A stretch of DNA of 20,000 nucleotides, from IMG/VR virus record IMGVR_UViG_3300025417_000022. One strand, written 5' to 3'. Numbering within the stretch: position 1 is the stretch's first letter; every line of letters starts with the position of its first letter. Source of the stretch: an uncultured virus (IMG/VR IMGVR_UViG_3300025417_000022). Lineage: Duplodnaviria; Heunggongvirae; Uroviricota; Caudoviricetes. A program made the translations under genes and the position numbers. The notes below the pieces were generated by a model that saw only the letters and a list, made by a program, of their open reading frames with translations, was not told where the DNA came from and searched no databases. Shown piece by piece: positions 16,105 through 20,000 of the stretch.

Positions 16105-16296
16105 TCAACTATTCTTTTGTGGTAAAACGTTGATGAGCTCTGGCTCCGGCAGCAGGAAGCTATCCTTCTTGCGGCTTTCGGCCTTGCGCCTGTAGCCTAC
16201 AAGATAGTGCTTACCGTCTTTTTCCTGAATAATAGGAACGAGTCTGCCCTTAAGAGCGAGCTTACGAATACTGCTTGCTGACATTCTATTAGACAT
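16105..16296 (-). CDS. Small basic hypothetical protein (63 aa)
   Basis: ORF track; overlaps the upstream stop by 8 nt. Confidence 0.65.
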   Translation of the reverse strand: MSNRMSASSIRKLALKGRLVPIIQEKDGKHYLVGYRRKAESRKKDSFLLPEPELINVLPQKNS

Positions 16297-16549
16297 CGCC
16301 GTTCTCCTTTATTTTCTCTTCCTCGTAAGGTGCAACAACATGGCGGTAAAATTCTAGCTTACAGCATTCAAGAGCACCAATGACATCATTATAAGATTGA
16401 TAATTCCTATGAATTTGTTTATCTAAAAATGCATGACAGACCTTTGTAAGCAGATAATTGAGATCGCCCACTGTTATAGGAGCATTGTTTGCAATTGCAT
16501 CTGTCGTCGACTTCAGCATACTGCGGTTTATTTGTTTAATGTACGGCAT
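16289..16549 (-). CDS. Conserved phage hypothetical protein (MPYI...GDLNY...GALECCKLEFYR type)
   Basis: Start re-placed at ATG 16549 (MPYIKQ...), preceded by TTGATT-17-TATATT (16557-16585). Confidence 0.8.
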   Translation of the reverse strand: MPYIKQINRSMLKSTTDAIANNAPITVGDLNYLLTKVCHAFLDKQIHRNYQSYNDVIGALECCKLEFYRHVVAPYEEEKIKENGDV

Positions 16550-16623
16550 ATTTCTCAATATAAAAGTAAAGCTTGAAAAAATCAACTGTTGAATTTATAA
16601 ATAGCTTCCATAATATAACAGCA

Positions 16624-17211
16624 ATGAAAGTTAAGCGCACTTCCAAGTCAAAGAAAAAGGCACCTCTTAAGAAGACACCTGTACAAAAGACGAGCATACA
16701 AGCATCTAAACCTGATGATGGTACTGTAAAGTCAAAGATTATGACATGTATTGTTACAGGTATTGAACGTAGAGTTTCAAAAGCCGGTATTGTAAAGGGT
16801 ATTAAGAAATTTGGCTCTCTGGGTAGTTTTTGTGATAACTATGTTAGCAATGAAGCTAAACGCTTGCTCAAACAACGTGTATCTCCAGAGGAAGTACAGA
16901 AGCAATTACGTCCTAGTCATCTTAAGCCGTTTGAAATTGATCACAAGGTGTTAGCACGCCTCAAGCTTCTTAAGAAACCTAGACATAAGCGTCTCTCCGA
17001 ACAGGAAGCTACAGCAGCAGTCAAGGCATGGAAACCTGCTGAAAGACGTTTTTACACCACTACTGCTGAGTTTGTATTGGATAATACAAAAAATGGAAGC
17101 TGTATTGCACCGAAACTCTATCTAGACTCAGATAGGGTATGTGATAATTGCCCTTACAAGCAATGGTGTCAGTCAACAGCTAAGCAATTTTCTAAAAAGT
17201 ATAAAGGCTAG
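16624..17211 (+). CDS. Basic hypothetical protein, TCIVTG-domain paralog B with C-terminal Cys cluster
   Basis: Likely start ATG 16624 (MKVKRTSK), after TATAAATA at 16596-16603. C-terminal C-x12-CxxC-x5-C. Confidence 0.75.
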   Translation: MKVKRTSKSKKKAPLKKTPVQKTSIQASKPDDGTVKSKIMTCIVTGIERRVSKAGIVKGIKKFGSLGSFCDNYVSNEAKRLLKQRVSPEEVQKQLRPSHLKPFEIDHKVLARLKLLKKPRHKRLSEQEATAAVKAWKPAERRFYTTTAEFVLDNTKNGSCIAPKLYLDSDRVCDNCPYKQWCQSTAKQFSKKYKG

Positions 17212-18326
17212 TACCCATCATACGTTTTAGTATAGCGGATATTTCTTAATGTTTCGTCCTGTTTAATTTTTGGTGCTTTTGCTACAGGTTCATATCTCAT
17301 TACAAACGTAATGATGATATCACCGATTTCCATAAGAAAGGCGAGAAGAAAACAAACAAGAGCTGTAGTATCAAGTGAAAAAAGCGAGTTAAACGAGACT
17401 TTGATAATATTATCAGATCCTATAATTTTTACAGGTGTGAATTTGGTATTAAGAGTAGATGCTATTGATGAAATAAGACTATTTGCATTTAATGTAGCAT
17501 TTTCAAGTTCACGGAAATTATTAACTTCATTAATTTCCTTTTTACACGCCAGAAGCTTATCACCTAGTAACTTGTTTGATTGATCTAAGGCTTTAAGTTG
17601 ATCTGCTACTTCCTGATCTACGGCGGCCTCCTGCCTGTCTATTTCGGCTTTTGAGTTTTTGACTTCAATGTCTGATTGTGCTTGAAGTCTTCTTAAATCA
17701 GCCTGAAGCTCTTTAGTTCTCGGCCCATCACCCGCCTTCCCCCTTACGCCCTGTCTCTCATCTATAACTTCCTGATTTGCATCTTCAATTTGTTTTTTTA
17801 ATGTTGTAACCTTTTGTCCTAAACTAGCTTCAATTTCGTTTTTCTTTTCACGACCTTGATTTTTAATATCTAATTCTTGATTTTGTACAGCTTTTTTACT
17901 CTCAGCTTCAAAAAAGGATAAAGAATCGGTAATTTGTGTTTTACTTTGTTTTAAGCTATCTTGCAGACCAGTTTCTGAATAAAGGCCGGTGAAATCAAAG
18001 ATTGTCGGTAAAAGGCTAAGAAATAAACAAAGAAGTGCTGCCTTTATAGGGAATTGATTTCTACCAAAAAGAATGATTTTTACACAATAAGGTAACCCTA
18101 CGACGGCAAAACATGCAAGACCTACTAAAAACCAATTCCAAGTAATAAGAATATTATTAAGAGCGTGAAATGCAAAGCAATATGCAACAAATATGATAAA
18201 CCAATAAACAATGTCAATTGCCTGCGCGGCAACTTTACTCGTTGTATCGAAACCGAATATTGTATAGTAGCTTTCTTTCTTTTCATTAAAAAGACGCGGC
18301 GTTTTAACCATTTCAAAAATATTCAT
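17208..18326 (-). CDS. Membrane protein with long coiled coil, DUF4407-like
   Basis: Start re-placed at ATG 18326 (MNIFEM). Three N-terminal TM segments, coiled coil with GxxGxGP (GVRGKAGDGP), one C-terminal TM. Confidence 0.7.
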   Translation of the reverse strand: MNIFEMVKTPRLFNEKKESYYTIFGFDTTSKVAAQAIDIVYWFIIFVAYCFAFHALNNILITWNWFLVGLACFAVVGLPYCVKIILFGRNQFPIKAALLCLFLSLLPTIFDFTGLYSETGLQDSLKQSKTQITDSLSFFEAESKKAVQNQELDIKNQGREKKNEIEASLGQKVTTLKKQIEDANQEVIDERQGVRGKAGDGPRTKELQADLRRLQAQSDIEVKNSKAEIDRQEAAVDQEVADQLKALDQSNKLLGDKLLACKKEINEVNNFRELENATLNANSLISSIASTLNTKFTPVKIIGSDNIIKVSFNSLFSLDTTALVCFLLAFLMEIGDIIITFVMRYEPVAKAPKIKQDETLRNIRYTKTYDGY

Positions 18327-18403
18327 TAGTAAATATTTAATATATTTTTTAATCCTTCGTTGAATAGAGGATAAACAGTAAGTTAACCATAAATATTCAA
18401 TAT

Positions 18404-20000
18404 ATGGCTGATAATGCAAGGTTTCACAATAAGCTTCATAGAAAAAATCACCACACAAACTCAACACCTGGGTATCCTGATGCGGCTACAGATCCTATAG
18501 CTAGTCACGAAGAGCCATTCCAGGGTGATTTTGTTCTTAATGCTGCTCTCAGTGCGCAGACTATAAATGTCAATACAAGCGCTTATTTTGGCGGTGATAC
18601 AACAATTCACGGCAACCTTTCGGTTTTCGGACCTTTTAACTATTTTCAAAATTTCGTAACTGTAACTAGTGCAGTTTCTGTTATTAATGCTGGTACCGGT
18701 CCTGCACTATCCGTTGTACAGTACGGTGCTCAACCTATCGTACGTTTTATCGACGGCGATGGTCCGAATCCTGCAAATCCCGGCGGCGGTAAAGATGCGT
18801 TCTTTATTGAAAATAACGGTCAGGTTGTTATTAATGGTAATACACCTGTAGCAGGGCGAGTTTTATCCATATATGGAAACGTCTCAGCTAGCGGTAATAC
18901 AGAATTTCAAGGCGGTTCAGCAAACGGCTTACGCTCATTTGCTGCAAATTCATCTGTAGCTTACGGTGTAGATAGTGCCGTCTTCGGTACAAATAATAAA
19001 GCTTCTGGCGCAACATCTTTCGCAGTTGGTTCAGGTAATAATGTAACCGGTCCTGGTGCTTTTGCAGCAGGTACTTTTAATACCGTTAATGGTTATGGTT
19101 CTTTCTCAGAAGGTTCAAATAACTACATTAACACCGTACTCGCTCATGCCGAAGGTACAAGCAATACAATAACCGGTCAATACAGTCACGTTGAAGGTGT
19201 ATCTAATACAGTTACAAGTTCAGCTGCACACGCTGAAGGCAGTAACAATACCATTAACGGTAATTACAGTCATACTGAAGGTAGCAATAACTACGTCACC
19301 GGTAATAATGCACACGCTGAAGGTAGCTTAACAGTAAATAGAGCAGATTACGCGCATACAGAAGGTTTTGCAGTCAGTGCCTTTGGAACCGGTTCTCACG
19401 CCGAAGGGCAAGGCACAACTTCAACTGGTAGTTATAGTCATGCTGAAGGCAATGCTACTGTAGCACTTGGCAATTATAGCCATGCCGAAGGCAATCAAAC
19501 AGTTGCAAGTGGTCAATCAAATCACACACAAGGCCATCAAACATCGGCATTTAATTTCAATTCACATGCTGAAGGATCTTATACGTTTGCTTCCGGTAGA
19601 CATAGTCATGCACAAGGTACCCTAACACAGTCACTCTGTTCTGCTTCTCATGCCGGTGGTGTTAGTACAGTAGCAAATGGACCAGCAGCACAAGCTTGGG
19701 GCATTTCTACATACGCTTCAGGCAGTGCGAGTTATACAAACGGTTATCTAACATCATCATTCGGTAGTTATAATACTGTACTCGGTGTTTCAAACGTTGC
19801 TAATAACAGCGGTGGTTTTGTTGCGGGTTATGGCTCGGTAGTAAACGGTGCATATGCTGCGGCATTAGGTGTTGGTGTTAGTGCACTCGGTGATCAATCC
19901 TTTGCGCAGGGTATCTCTACTTCAGCGCCCGGTTCTGGTGCCGTTGCTTTAGGTTGGATGACATATGCAAGCGGCTTTGGTTCATTTGCACAAGGCGTTA
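18404..20000 (+). CDS. Fibre/adhesin-like protein with YadA-head (Hep/Hag)-like 14-aa repeats; continues beyond window
   Basis: Not in track (no stop in window). MADNARFHNKLHRKNHHT..., open for 532 codons. About 24 tandem 14-aa repeats such as NATVALGNYSHAEG. ATAAATA 8 nt upstream of ATG. Confidence 0.85.
   Translation, partial: MADNARFHNKLHRKNHHTNSTPGYPDAATDPIASHEEPFQGDFVLNAALSAQTINVNTSAYFGGDTTIHGNLSVFGPFNYFQNFVTVTSAVSVINAGTGPALSVVQYGAQPIVRFIDGDGPNPANPGGGKDAFFIENNGQVVINGNTPVAGRVLSIYGNVSASGNTEFQGGSANGLRSFAANSSVAYGVDSAVFGTNNKASGATSFAVGSGNNVTGPGAFAAGTFNTVNGYGSFSEGSNNYINTVLAHAEGTSNTITGQYSHVEGVSNTVTSSAAHAEGSNNTINGNYSHTEGSNNYVTGNNAHAEGSLTVNRADYAHTEGFAVSAFGTGSHAEGQGTTSTGSYSHAEGNATVALGNYSHAEGNQTVASGQSNHTQGHQTSAFNFNSHAEGSYTFASGRHSHAQGTLTQSLCSASHAGGVSTVANGPAAQAWGISTYASGSASYTNGYLTSSFGSYNTVLGVSNVANNSGGFVAGYGSVVNGAYAAALGVGVSALGDQSFAQGISTSAPGSGAVALGWMTYASGFGSFAQGV

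Noticed and set aside
18327..18467. N-terminal extension of the membrane protein in the ORF track
   Set aside because: Overlaps the fibre gene start; ATG 18326 with an upstream TAAATA fits better.
18461..18851. Short ORFs 18461..18649 and 18669..18851
   Set aside because: Out-of-frame or antisense within the long fibre ORF.
18960..20000. CRISPR-like or DNA tandem repeat (42-nt period, GCTGAAGG recurrences)
   Set aside because: The periodicity is protein-level with synonymous variation; there are no identical repeats separated by spacers.
1..20000. Stop-codon reassignment
   Set aside because: Conserved genes are full-length under the standard code, and TAA, TAG and TGA all occur as terminators.

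Overview
Dense, AT-rich, mostly minus-strand region that reads as part of a large lytic (T4-like/jumbo) bacteriophage genome. No rRNA, CRISPR array, integrase or IS element is visible. From left to right: a translationally coupled cytidylyltransferase-rmlB-rmlC-queD operon; a small heat-shock protein with a ROSE-like thermometer hairpin and mutually complementary UTRs; an intact 457-nt tmRNA with a predicted 32-codon tag; an HExxH protein; an NT5C-type nucleotidase; a T4 RNase H-like 5'-3' exonuclease; a SPASM/twitch radical-SAM gene on the opposite strand; a class Id-like ribonucleotide reductase (nrdA/nrdB); a 2OG-Fe(II) dioxygenase; a short UDP-sugar dehydrogenase; a RadA/Sms-like ATPase with atypical architecture; a cluster of small genes containing a paralog pair; a DUF4407-like membrane protein; and the start of a long 14-aa-repeat (YadA-head-like) fibre protein. 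The ORF track misses queD, the tmRNA, the fibre ORF and three short ORFs. Two promoter-like motifs (sigma70-like and TAAATA late-type) recur very close to start codons. All family calls come from motif recognition by eye; no database search was run.
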